Shown here: in pieces, positions 28,333-37,664 of the stretch
Numbering within the stretch: the stretch's first letter is position 1
Layout of the letters: every line of letters begins with the position of its first letter
Assembly: GCA_041855045.1 (NCBI GenBank)
Contig: JBHADM010000036.1
Span: 1-46,859, forward strand
Direction: 5' to 3'
Source: Bacillota bacterium
Lineage (GTDB): Bacteria > Bacillota > Clostridia > Christensenellales > Aristaeellaceae
Length of the DNA stretch: 46,859 bases
Position numbers and translations under genes: made by a program
Notes under the pieces: model-generated
Told to the model about the DNA's origin: nothing
Seen by the model: the letters and a program-made list of their open reading frames with translations, nothing else
Database searches by the model: none

Positions 28333-28950
28333 ATGAGAATACTCGTAACGGCTTTTGAGCCTTTCGGCAATTATTCCGTCAACCCTACGCAGGAAATTGT
28401 CAAGAAGCTTCCTGCAAAAATCGGAAAAGCCAAAATCCATACGCAAATCCTACCTGTCAGCTTTGCGCAGACCTTTGGTGTACTGCAAAAGAAATTGCAG
28501 GAGCATGTTTTTGACTACATTATTATGATGGGGCTTAACGGCAGCGTTGCGCATATTTTGCTGGAGATGACCGCGCACAACCACACCTGCGCGCAGCACA
28601 CCGACAACGACGGCAATGTACCGCAAGCGGAATATATATTGCGGGATGCTCCGCTATCCTACAACACCCAAGTACCCTACTGGGAGCTGCTTGCGCATTT
28701 ACAGGCAAAGGATTTCCCTGTTCGAGCCAGCAGCAGCGCCGGCACTTATGTGTGCAACCATACCTATTATCAATGCCTGCACTACATTGAAACACATTTT
28801 CTGCCAAGCAAATGTCTGTTTGTACATGTTCCTGCCACGTCTGATATGGGCCTGGAAAAAGGCATGGCATTGGAAACGGAATATGCCTGCATGCAAGCGC
28901 TCATAGACTATTTGGCGAGCCATTCCAAAATCCTGAAACCCTTACTCTAA
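28333..28950 (+). CDS. pcp: Pyroglutamyl-peptidase I (pyrrolidone-carboxylate peptidase)
   Basis: 205 aa with the N-terminus MRILVTAFEPFGNYSVNPTQ, the catalytic Cys region SAGTYVCNH and a His in FVHVP. Confidence 0.88.
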   Translation: MRILVTAFEPFGNYSVNPTQEIVKKLPAKIGKAKIHTQILPVSFAQTFGVLQKKLQEHVFDYIIMMGLNGSVAHILLEMTAHNHTCAQHTDNDGNVPQAEYILRDAPLSYNTQVPYWELLAHLQAKDFPVRASSSAGTYVCNHTYYQCLHYIETHFLPSKCLFVHVPATSDMGLEKGMALETEYACMQALIDYLASHSKILKPLL

Positions 28951-28978
28951 ATATCAATATAACATTAGGAGGATTATC

Positions 28979-31150
28979 ATGAAAAAATTACTTTCCTTGC
29001 TACTTTGCAGCATACTGCTGTTGGGTGCGCTCGGCAATAACGCACAGGCAATGGGCATGTTCGGCGGCGGCGTGATGATAGAGCGTTACAGCGGCGTAGA
29101 CGAATTTTACATCAATTCGTTTGCCAAAGTAGGCGACACCGTTTATGCTCTCGCCAACTCCGAAACCTTTGGCATCTATACCGTAAACATAAGCGACGGA
29201 AGCTATAAACTTTTCTATGATTTCAACGATAACAAACTCGAAAGCGGCGTAATGTATGTCTATGCGCAAGATGACAAGCTCATGCTTATCACCTATTCCG
29301 GCGACATAGCAGCCTTGAATCCTGCCGATAAAAGCATAGAAATCAAAGGCAAGCTGGATCTGAATTTGGACGACATCCACATCGATAAGGTCGTATTTGA
29401 CGGCGAAGTACCGGTTATGTACTACCAACATCACACTGCCAATACTTCCGCGCTGCGTTGGATGGATGACAGCGCAAGGGAAGTAAGCATCCCGAACACG
29501 ATGATGTTGATGGGCATAGCCCCTTATAAGGACGGCGCATTTATCGCCGTAACCTTTAACGGATACATGCTGATTAAGGATGGAAAAATTACCCCTTTAC
29601 AAGCAGTTTCCAATGCCACCTCCGTGCAGCTTGACATCGGCGCCATATTCTTTGACAAGGATACGCAAAGCCTATATATAACCGAAGGCAACTATATCTA
29701 CAAGTTAGACGATAACATGGAGAAAACACAAGTAGGCTATATTCCCTTTGCGGCTTCAAGTTATCAGCCCTATGTATACCAAAACGGCAGCCTGCTGTAT
29801 ACCTATAATGACGAAACAAACAACAGCACCTTGTCCGAAGTAAAGATCAGCGAGATGAGCCTGCCGCAAAACGTTGTCAAGGTCTACGGTTTATCGGAGG
29901 AGCTCAGCAATACCTATAACCGCAAGAATCCGGATATGCCTATCGCTACCGGCGGTAGAACCGGCATGTCTGTGTTGGGCGATGCCACCATGCTTGCCAA
30001 CCATATGAAGGGCAGTGATGCCAACGATGTATACTTCTTTTTTACTAACGACATGAGCAACTCTTTGGCAAAACACGGCTATATAGAGCCGCTGACCGGC
30101 AGCGAAAAACTCATGGCAAACTACAACAGAATGTATCCGTATATACAGGATGCGGCAAGCTATAATGGCACCTATTACTTCATGCCCACCGCTTTGAACC
30201 GCAGCAGCCTCAACTTTCAGTACGACCCCAAAGCGTTGGAAGCACTGGGTATGAAAGAAGATGAACTGCCTACAAACTACGCCGATTTTATCCGGTTCTT
30301 AAAAGAAGCCGAGGAGCTGGCAGAGGACAGCGAGTACAAGATGTTTGAATACCAGGAGTCTACCCCAATCAAACTCCTTGTCAGCGGCAACTTATTGCAA
30401 GAAAACTTTGCCATGCAGCTGCGCGCCGGCGAAAAAATTCAATTCAATACCCCACAAATGCTGTCTGTGATGAAAGCCATTAACGACGTTCAGTTTGATA
30501 CCCTGCCAAACAGCTTACAGGAATTGGATTTTATTTCGGAGATGGATGTGGAAAAACAATATCTTCTGAAATCAAGCAGCAAATACATCGGCATAGAATA
30601 CGACCAAAAACCCTTGCCGCTCAGTATAGAGGATGGAAAACAGCCCTTGATTCTGGTCAGCATGCCCAACGCCGTTGTAAACGCCCTCTCTCCCAACAAA
30701 GCTGCTGCCATCCAATTTTTAGAGCGTTTTTCCGACACCATAGACGAGGTAACACAGACCTGTCTTTACAGTGATAAGACCGAACAGGTGCTGGATCAAA
30801 ACATGCTGCGCCGCATCGCCGCCGAGGAAAGATACTTAGCTGATTTGCAAAAATCCCTTGCAGAAGAAAAAGAAGAGAAAAATAAAAAATCCATAGAACA
30901 GGATATCGCACAGCAAGAGGCCGAAATTGCCAAACTGAAAGCGAGAAGCTACGCCATCACAAGCGAAGACTTGGCGATATACAAAGAGCAAATGAACGAC
31001 TACTACATACTGACCGAAAAGATGATAGATTTCCAAAGCCAGCAGCAGATGGAGCTTCTACAACGTTTCTTCTCAGGACAGATAGAACCCGAAAACTTCC
31101 TAAGTGAATTCGACCGCATCGTGAATATGTCGATGATGGAAGGGGAATAA
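28979..31150 (+). CDS. Large secreted protein: beta-rich (propeller-like) N-half + divergent solute-binding-protein-like C-half + coiled-coil-like tail
   Basis: 723 aa with AGGAGG upstream and a signal peptide MKKLLSLLLCSILLLGALGNNAQA. The C-half segments VKVYGLSEELSNTY..., NGTYYFMPTAL... and KAAAIQFLERF recall family-1 extracellular solute-binding proteins. No ABC permease gene is adjacent. It is a distant paralogue of 44893-46833. Confidence 0.7.
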   Translation: MKKLLSLLLCSILLLGALGNNAQAMGMFGGGVMIERYSGVDEFYINSFAKVGDTVYALANSETFGIYTVNISDGSYKLFYDFNDNKLESGVMYVYAQDDKLMLITYSGDIAALNPADKSIEIKGKLDLNLDDIHIDKVVFDGEVPVMYYQHHTANTSALRWMDDSAREVSIPNTMMLMGIAPYKDGAFIAVTFNGYMLIKDGKITPLQAVSNATSVQLDIGAIFFDKDTQSLYITEGNYIYKLDDNMEKTQVGYIPFAASSYQPYVYQNGSLLYTYNDETNNSTLSEVKISEMSLPQNVVKVYGLSEELSNTYNRKNPDMPIATGGRTGMSVLGDATMLANHMKGSDANDVYFFFTNDMSNSLAKHGYIEPLTGSEKLMANYNRMYPYIQDAASYNGTYYFMPTALNRSSLNFQYDPKALEALGMKEDELPTNYADFIRFLKEAEELAEDSEYKMFEYQESTPIKLLVSGNLLQENFAMQLRAGEKIQFNTPQMLSVMKAINDVQFDTLPNSLQELDFISEMDVEKQYLLKSSSKYIGIEYDQKPLPLSIEDGKQPLILVSMPNAVVNALSPNKAAAIQFLERFSDTIDEVTQTCLYSDKTEQVLDQNMLRRIAAEERYLADLQKSLAEEKEEKNKKSIEQDIAQQEAEIAKLKARSYAITSEDLAIYKEQMNDYYILTEKMIDFQSQQQMELLQRFFSGQIEPENFLSEFDRIVNMSMMEGE

Positions 31151-31169
31151 GATTTAACAAAACATACCC

Positions 31170-31207
31170 AAAAAGAATAGGCAAGTACACTTGCCTATTC
31201 TTTTTTT
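31170..31207. terminator. Bidirectional terminator between convergent genes
   Basis: A 12-bp perfect stem AGAATAGGCAAG / CTTGCCTATTCT with a 4-nt loop, an A-run before and T7 after. Confidence 0.85.
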
Positions 31208-31278
31208 ATTCATATGATAGAATCTGTGATACACTGTCGCTCAGGATACAGATTGCATATATTAATGCAGACTCAAAA

Positions 31279-32367
31279 TCAAACAGTCCTTATCGCACTT
31301 ACAGGCTGTCCGTCGCGCTGCCGCCATATCTCCCCTAAAGCGATGTAATCTATTTGATTCGTTTGTATATAATGCAGCGCCAACGCTTTTATTTTTGCGC
31401 CCCAGGTATCACGAATTCCGTCTACATATCCCCAATAGGACTCACACAGTTCCAGCAGCCGCAAAAAAGAAAAAAAGTCAAGTATTTCATCAGTATCCTT
31501 ATCGGGCAGGATTTCCTGACCATAATATGCCGCCCAAAAGCTCCGTTCTGCCAAATCAAACTCTGCCTGCCCAAAAAAATTGCTTAAGAAAAACCGTATG
31601 CAATAGAGTTCAAACTCCATAGGCGCAGCCTGCGCACTCTCCACGTCAAAAAAGCCGCTGACCCGATGATTCTGCACATGAAAATTACCTTCGTGCATAT
31701 CTGTAATAACCAAGGTAGCCGGTCGAACATCTAAATCAAGCCTATTCTTAAAATACCCGAATTTTGTTTGCAGGAAAGCTTCTACCAAGGCGTATTCCGC
31801 CTCCGAGAAACAGCCTTTACTGCGGCACAAGGACAATACCATATCGTTTACGGACTGATACCGATCTATAAAATTGTGAAAATGATTCGGAAAAATTTCT
31901 CCGTTTTCCATGAGATTTCCAAAAGAAGAGAACCGTATGCGATGAAGTTTGCGAAAATTCTCGCCCAAGCTTCTCATCACAAGCAAAAAAACATCCAAGC
32001 TGTAATTCTGTCCCTGCATATACTTTGCCAGGCCTGTACCGGCTACTTTTTCCAGAACGATGCACCGCCCCGCCGCTGTATCAAAGGTTCCAAAATACTT
32101 GGGAGCCGGCACATGCTGGCTGCGAATCAAATCCAAAATATACATCTCTCGCTCTAAAGATAATTCTCCATTAAACAGCTTGTCCTTATTTTTTTCGAAT
32201 GCTTCTCCTTCCTCGATGCGCTGCATGGGAAATTTAATAATATATTCCCCTTGTTTGCATTCCACATGCAATACTCTATTATTGGATCCGGCGGTGATGA
32301 CGCTCACCTTCTGCACATCCATACCAAGCTTACGAAATACAAAAGATACTTCCTGTTTTATGTCCAT
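31279..32367 (-). CDS. APH-family (aminoglycoside-phosphotransferase-like) small-molecule kinase
   Basis: 362 aa with a lysine strand EYIIKFP, a catalytic-loop-type ITDMHEGNFHV (D-x4-N) and a metal-binding FFDVES. Its ATG shares one base with the upstream gene's TAA (TAATG at 32365-32369). Confidence 0.7.
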   Translation of the reverse strand: MDIKQEVSFVFRKLGMDVQKVSVITAGSNNRVLHVECKQGEYIIKFPMQRIEEGEAFEKNKDKLFNGELSLEREMYILDLIRSQHVPAPKYFGTFDTAAGRCIVLEKVAGTGLAKYMQGQNYSLDVFLLVMRSLGENFRKLHRIRFSSFGNLMENGEIFPNHFHNFIDRYQSVNDMVLSLCRSKGCFSEAEYALVEAFLQTKFGYFKNRLDLDVRPATLVITDMHEGNFHVQNHRVSGFFDVESAQAAPMEFELYCIRFFLSNFFGQAEFDLAERSFWAAYYGQEILPDKDTDEILDFFSFLRLLELCESYWGYVDGIRDTWGAKIKALALHYIQTNQIDYIALGEIWRQRDGQPVSAIRTV

Positions 32368-33014
32368 TATAATTCATCCAATTTTTTAATATATCGATAT
32401 ATTGTGGTTTCGGAGTACGATAATTGCTCCGCAACGATAGAAACCGCCCCTTTGATTAGAAAGATGCCTCTGGAATGCATTTCCCGTATCAGGCTCTGTT
32501 TTTCATACTTTGTCATACGCTTCACAGTCGTAACAAATCTCTTTTCCCCTTCTGTGATAACGTTTTCTATCAGTTTCTCTACATCCAGCTCCGATGTACT
32601 GATTTTAGGTATGCTGTCCACCTGCAGCTTGGAATTTTTAGAAGCATAGCTGCCGTTGATAAAGGTTTCAATCAGATTTCGAACCTCAATAAAGCTGTCT
32701 ACCACCATGGTAACGCTGAGCATATAAAGTATTTCATTCTCTTCGTTTTTATATAAAAAGGTAGAGGAGCGCAGTTTCTTGAGATCTTTGGAAAGAGATT
32801 TATAATTGACCACATAGGGCAGGGATTGAATTTGTTCATTTTCCAAAAAAAACAATTCATCGTCACTGATAGGCTTCCCAACCTGATAGGACTCATCTAT
32901 CGCATTGTCGACATAAATATAGTGTTTTTGAAAGGATACCGTAATCTGTGCAATATCCCCCAAAGTTTTCGATAGCATATCCGCGAATAAAAGCAATTGT
33001 TTTTCGTTAAACAT
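32367..33014 (-). CDS. YheO/DauR-type transcriptional regulator (PAS-like sensor + C-terminal HTH)
   Basis: The start is moved from 33080 to the ATG at 33014 (GGGGGA 6 nt upstream). The C-terminus KYEKQSLIREMHSRGIFLIKGAVSIVAEQLSYSETTIYRYIKKL is the characteristic HTH of this family. Confidence 0.75.
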   Translation of the reverse strand: MFNEKQLLLFADMLSKTLGDIAQITVSFQKHYIYVDNAIDESYQVGKPISDDELFFLENEQIQSLPYVVNYKSLSKDLKKLRSSTFLYKNEENEILYMLSVTMVVDSFIEVRNLIETFINGSYASKNSKLQVDSIPKISTSELDVEKLIENVITEGEKRFVTTVKRMTKYEKQSLIREMHSRGIFLIKGAVSIVAEQLSYSETTIYRYIKKLDEL

Positions 33015-33103
33015 AGAATGTCCCCCATGCCTCCAAGAATTGAATACCATTATTTTAGCATTATTATTCCCCATGCACAAGAATAGAGACAGTAATGGTA
33101 TAT

Positions 33104-33131
33104 CCCCAAGCGCATAGAATGGCGCTTGGGG
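33104..33131 (-). other. 10-bp perfect GC-rich hairpin without a U-run, between tnaA and the regulator gene
   Basis: CCCCAAGCGC (33104-13) / GCGCTTGGGG (33122-31) with an 8-nt loop. No T-run follows on either strand. Confidence 0.5.
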
Positions 33132-33160
33132 GTATTAAAAATATCAAAATCTTATGTTTG

Positions 33161-34546
33161 CTATTCAATCAACGCAAAACCGGCGGTAAAATGCCGCAGC
33201 GAAGTAATCGGTCCCTCATAAATCATCCTTAAACCTTTATAGGTGTCCCGATTCTGATAAATATCGCTTAAGGCCTCTACAATCACATCCAGATGTCGGT
33301 TGGTATACACTCTTCTGGACACGCATATACGCATGGTTTCCAAAGCCGGCCATATGTTTTCACCAGTAATCGGATCCTTCGTGCCAAACGCACAGGCACC
33401 TATCTCCACGGCGCGTACACCAGCCTCTTCATACAATGCAACCACAAGCCTTTGGCTCGGAAACTCGTGCTGCGGAATATGCGGGAAGAATTTTTTGCCG
33501 TCGACATAGATACCATGACCGCCGCTCGGTTCAATAATAGGAATACCTCTTTCTTTCAGACGGTCTCCGAGGTACTTTACCTGCTTGATGCGATAATCCA
33601 AGTATTCAAAATCCGTGGCTTCCAGCAGACCAACAGCAAGTGCTTCCATATCTCTTCCGCTCATACCGCCGTAGGTGATAAAGCCTTCATGCACAATAGC
33701 CAGCTGATTGGCCTGCATGTATATTTCTTTGTTTCTGGTTACAAACAAACCGCCTATGTTTACCAGACCGTCTTTTTTGCTGCTCATTGTGGCAGTTTCG
33801 GCATAAGAGAACATTTCATTAGTGATCTCCAGTATGCTCTTATCTGCATAGCCCGGCTCTCTGGTTTTGATAAAATAGGCATTTTCCGCCAAACGAGCGC
33901 TGTCCATAATCAACGGGATGTTATATTGCTTTGCCAGCTTGCTGACCGCACGGATATTTTCCATAGATACGGGTTGACCGCCATTGTTGTTGCAGGTGAT
34001 TGTGATGATAATGCAGCAAACTTTCTCCGCTTCCTCTTTTAACAGTTTTTCGGTGCGTTCGATGTCAATATTACCTTTAAAAGGATGGTAATCCTGGTTT
34101 GCCGTCTGTCCTTCCTGTATGCAGTAATCCAGAGGAATACAGCCCAAAACTTCAGCGTTTCCGCGGAAGGTATCAAAGTGCATATTGCCGATGGCATACA
34201 TTCCCTTGCGGGCATAGAGCTGGGTCATAATATAATCGGCTGCTCTGCCCTGATGGGTCGGCTGTACATACGGCATGCCGAATACTTTCTGCACCGCCTC
34301 CTCCAGGCGATAAAAGCTTTTGCAGCCGGCATAGGATTCATCACCCAAAAACATGGCGCTCCATTGATTCTGGCTCATAGCGCTGGTACCGCTGTCGGTA
34401 ATGCAATCCACATACACATCCTCCGCATGCAGTCGAAAAGCGTTGTATTGTGCATTTTTTAAACACTCCTGACGGTACTCTTTTGTTGTCTTTTTAATCG
34501 GCTCCACCATTTTAATGCGAAACGGCTCGGCATTCATGTATTTCAT
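33161..34546 (-). CDS. tnaA: Tryptophanase (tryptophan indole-lyase), beta-eliminating lyase family
   Basis: The start is moved to the ATG at 34546 (GGAGG 5 nt upstream). The PLP-lysine region is MSSKKDGLVNIGG. Specificity positions read as the tryptophanase type: NMHFDTFRG (Asp, as E. coli TnaA Asp137, versus Thr124 in tyrosine phenol-lyase) and SLRHFTAGF (His, as TnaA His463, versus Phe448 in TPL). Confidence 0.85.
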   Translation of the reverse strand: MKYMNAEPFRIKMVEPIKKTTKEYRQECLKNAQYNAFRLHAEDVYVDCITDSGTSAMSQNQWSAMFLGDESYAGCKSFYRLEEAVQKVFGMPYVQPTHQGRAADYIMTQLYARKGMYAIGNMHFDTFRGNAEVLGCIPLDYCIQEGQTANQDYHPFKGNIDIERTEKLLKEEAEKVCCIIITITCNNNGGQPVSMENIRAVSKLAKQYNIPLIMDSARLAENAYFIKTREPGYADKSILEITNEMFSYAETATMSSKKDGLVNIGGLFVTRNKEIYMQANQLAIVHEGFITYGGMSGRDMEALAVGLLEATDFEYLDYRIKQVKYLGDRLKERGIPIIEPSGGHGIYVDGKKFFPHIPQHEFPSQRLVVALYEEAGVRAVEIGACAFGTKDPITGENIWPALETMRICVSRRVYTNRHLDVIVEALSDIYQNRDTYKGLRMIYEGPITSLRHFTAGFALIE

Positions 34547-34584
34547 AATAACCTCCAAATATAGTTTTTGAATTCTTAATCCTC

Positions 34585-34613
34585 ATTATAGAATTATGCA
34601 TATTTTTTGTCAA
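34585..34613 (-). promoter_or_regulatory. Consensus sigma-70 promoter of tnaA
   Basis: On the minus strand: TTGACA (complement of 34608-13), a 17-nt spacer, then TATAAT (complement of 34585-90). This leaves a leader of only ~30 nt before the RBS. Confidence 0.65.
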
Positions 34614-34657
34614 CATAATAATTTTTTATCTATTTGCAAAAAATATCACATTCACTG

Positions 34658-34686
34658 TTGACATTTGATAATTTATTTGCTATTAT
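34658..34686 (+). promoter_or_regulatory. Near-consensus sigma-70 promoter of the opp-type operon
   Basis: TTGACA (34658-63), a 17-nt spacer, then TATTAT (34681-86). Confidence 0.6.
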
Positions 34687-34753
34687 TGCAATGACGATTA
34701 AAGAGAGAATACAACACCTGACAATTACATACTTCTTTTTGGGGAACTGCTTT

Positions 34754-35671
34754 ATGTTAAAATACACAGTAAAACGAATCATTTCCATGATTATCACCCT
34801 GTTTCTCATCGCCACGGTAACATTCTTTATCATGAATGCCATACCTGGAGATCCCTTTTCTTTAGAACGAGATACGCCACAAATCATACGCGAAACGCTC
34901 AATCGGCAGTACGGTCTGGATCAGCCCTTAATGACCAGATATATGCGCTATATGGAAAAACTGCTTTCTGGAGACTTCGGAATCAGTATGAAGTTCAAGG
35001 GGCAAAGCGTGATCAGCAAGGTCACACGAACCATGCCCATCTCCGCAAACATCGGCTTGGGCGGCGTGCTGCTCGGCGTATTTATCGGTGTTATTTTTGG
35101 TATTATCGCCGCGCTGAACAATGGTAAAACCTTTGATTACTTTGTCATTATCATCGCTATTATCGGCGTATCCATACCGAACTTTGTATTCGCCACGCTA
35201 TTTCAAAGGATATTCGCCGTAGACTTACGGCTGCTTCCGGTGGCAGGTTACAAGGGACTGCAATATCTGATACTGCCCATACTGGCCGCCGCCATGCAGA
35301 ACATCGCCTTCTATGCAAGAATACTGCGCTCCGGCATGCTGGATGTAGGCAATCAGGATTATATTCTGACCGCGCGAAGCAAGGGATTGTCACAGCGCCA
35401 GGTTGTCGTGAAGCATATACTGCGCAACAGCATACTGCCGCTCATCACCTCCTTTGGGCCAATGATTGCAGGCATACTTACCGGCAACTTTGTCATTGAA
35501 AAAATATATAATATCCCCGGTATCGGGCAAGCTATGATCACTGCCATCCAAGGTTCGGACTATACCATGATTATGGGCTTAACCGTCATATTCAGCTTTA
35601 TATCCGTCATCATGTACTTTATCGTAGACATCCTGTACGGCATTGTCGATCCCAGAATACGCATACAATAG
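34754..35671 (+). CDS. Opp/Dpp-type ABC permease (OppB-like)
   Basis: The start is moved from 34634 to the ATG at 34754. The N-terminus MLKYTVKRIISMIITLFLIATVTFFIMNAIPGDP is the classic OppB/DppB start. Confidence 0.88.
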   Translation: MLKYTVKRIISMIITLFLIATVTFFIMNAIPGDPFSLERDTPQIIRETLNRQYGLDQPLMTRYMRYMEKLLSGDFGISMKFKGQSVISKVTRTMPISANIGLGGVLLGVFIGVIFGIIAALNNGKTFDYFVIIIAIIGVSIPNFVFATLFQRIFAVDLRLLPVAGYKGLQYLILPILAAAMQNIAFYARILRSGMLDVGNQDYILTARSKGLSQRQVVVKHILRNSILPLITSFGPMIAGILTGNFVIEKIYNIPGIGQAMITAIQGSDYTMIMGLTVIFSFISVIMYFIVDILYGIVDPRIRIQ

Positions 35672-35680
35672 GAGGGTCTT

Positions 35681-36616
35681 ATGGAACATAAAATAGAAGA
35701 TATGCCCTTTGCACAGGAACTGTTCGAAGCATACGATGCAAACGCCGAGGACATGGAGAAAATCGTCAGACCCTCACTCAGCTACTGGAAGGACGCCAGA
35801 AGAAGATTTCTAAAAAATCCCATCGCCAGCATTGCCACTGTCATCTTAACTATTATTATCCTATTTGCTGTATTTGCGCCAATATTCAGCCCTTATACCT
35901 ATGACCAAAACAACTGGGCGATATCCAATCAGGCTCCCAGCAAAGAGCATATATTCGGAACGGACAGTTTGGGCAGGGATTTATGGGTACGCTGCTGGGA
36001 AGGCGCACGCGTGAGCCTGCTTATTGGCGTGCTGGTTGCCCTGGTCAACGCCAGTATAGGTATCCTCTATGGAGGATTAGCCGGATTTATCGGCGGCAGC
36101 ACCGACAATATCATGATGCGCATCTGCGAAATCATGGCTGCCGTGCCCCAAATGCTTTGGGTCACCTTGCTGGTGATCGTGATGAAACCGGGCTTTTTAC
36201 CCATTATCATCGCCCTGTCCGTCACAGGTTGGATAGGCATGGCGCGTTTATTCCGCGGTCAGGTATTCCAGATTAAGGAAAGCGAATTTGTAATGGCCAG
36301 CAGAACATTAGGTACCGGCAAACTATGGATTATATTCAAGCACCTTGTGCCCAATGCCATGAGCCCCATCATCACCAGCATGGCATTTGCCATACCCGGA
36401 GCGATTTTCTCGGAAGCTTTTTTGAGTTATATCGGATTGGGTCTGCCCTTGCCGCTGGCAAGCTGGGGAAACCTCACCAGCGACGGCGCAAATGTATTCC
36501 TGATCTACCCCTATCAATTGATTTTCCCTTCTATACTGATCTGTGTTACCATGCTCTGTTTTACCCTGATCGGCGATGCATTGCGAGATGCATTGGATCC
36601 GAGAATGCGCAAATGA
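35681..36616 (+). CDS. Opp/Dpp-type ABC permease (OppC-like)
   Basis: 311 aa with ...SYWKDARRRFLKNPIA..., HIFGTDSLGRDLW and the EAA-type loop SEAFLSYIGLG. Confidence 0.88.
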   Translation: MEHKIEDMPFAQELFEAYDANAEDMEKIVRPSLSYWKDARRRFLKNPIASIATVILTIIILFAVFAPIFSPYTYDQNNWAISNQAPSKEHIFGTDSLGRDLWVRCWEGARVSLLIGVLVALVNASIGILYGGLAGFIGGSTDNIMMRICEIMAAVPQMLWVTLLVIVMKPGFLPIIIALSVTGWIGMARLFRGQVFQIKESEFVMASRTLGTGKLWIIFKHLVPNAMSPIITSMAFAIPGAIFSEAFLSYIGLGLPLPLASWGNLTSDGANVFLIYPYQLIFPSILICVTMLCFTLIGDALRDALDPRMRK

Positions 36617-36629
36617 GGAGGCAGGTTAA

Positions 36630-37664
36630 TTGAAATTACTCGAAGTAAAAAACTTAAAATTCTCATTTAAAACCTATGCCGGCGAGGTACAAGCAGTCAG
36701 AGACGTCAGTTTTTCATTGGACCCCGGCGAATCGCTGGGCATTGTAGGAGAGTCCGGATGCGGAAAAAGCGTCACTGCCAAGTCCATTGTACGACTGAAC
36801 CCCCAAACCAACGGTTTATATCAGGGCGGAAGCATTTTTTTCAACGGCGAGGACATCCTGCAGCTAAGTGAAAAAGAAATGCAGAAAATCAGGGCAAAGG
36901 ATATCAGAATGATATTCCAGGATCCGATGACCAGTTTAAATCCGACAATGAAGGTTGGCAACCAGATTATGGAAGGCTTACTCCAAGCCTATCCTTCCAT
37001 AAAAAAAGAGGAAGCTGTAAAACGCACAATGGATATGCTGCATAATACCGGCATACCTAACACAAAAGAGCGTTTTCATCAATATCCTCACCAATTTTCC
37101 GGCGGTATGCGACAACGCGCCATGATTGCACTTGCGATGGTTGTGCAGCCTAAACTGCTGATTTGTGACGAGCCTACTACGGCATTGGATGTAACCATTC
37201 AAGCGCAGATATTAGATCTGATTAAAGAACAGCAGAGCCATACCCATACCGGTATTATTTTAATTACGCACGATTTGGGCGTGGTGGCAAACATCGCCCA
37301 AAATATTGCGGTTATGTATGCTGGTAAAATCGTGGAATACGGCAGTGCCACGGATATTTTTTACCGTTGCATGCACCCCTATACATGGGGCGTATTGCAG
37401 TCTATACCGCCGAAAGATGCCGATATCGAGAAAAAACTGGTTCCCATCAAAGGCACCCCGCCCGACCTATTCCACCCTCCCAAAGCCTGTCCCTTTACCG
37501 CACGTTGTCCCTATGCCATGAAGCTCTGTAAAGAGTTCGCTCCACCCTATTTCATGGCAGGCGAAAAACACAGTGTAGCATGTTGGAGATATCATCCCCA
37601 GGCTCCCAAAATCATCAATCCCATTACCAAAAAGGAAGTGCGGCTATGTCCAACAAAATATTAG
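36630..37664 (+). CDS. Opp/Dpp-type ABC ATPase (OppD-like), TTG start
   Basis: 344 aa with GAGGAGG upstream of a TTG start. It has Walker A GESGCGKS, signature FSGGMRQR, Walker B LLICDEPTTALD and the C-terminal oligopeptide-type extension HPYT... Confidence 0.9.
   Translation: MKLLEVKNLKFSFKTYAGEVQAVRDVSFSLDPGESLGIVGESGCGKSVTAKSIVRLNPQTNGLYQGGSIFFNGEDILQLSEKEMQKIRAKDIRMIFQDPMTSLNPTMKVGNQIMEGLLQAYPSIKKEEAVKRTMDMLHNTGIPNTKERFHQYPHQFSGGMRQRAMIALAMVVQPKLLICDEPTTALDVTIQAQILDLIKEQQSHTHTGIILITHDLGVVANIAQNIAVMYAGKIVEYGSATDIFYRCMHPYTWGVLQSIPPKDADIEKKLVPIKGTPPDLFHPPKACPFTARCPYAMKLCKEFAPPYFMAGEKHSVACWRYHPQAPKIINPITKKEVRLCPTKY

Noticed and set aside
34547-34657. TnaC-like leader peptide / attenuator in front of tnaA
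   Set aside because: The consensus promoter leaves only a ~30-nt leader, with no small ORF or Rho-utilisation-type spacer.
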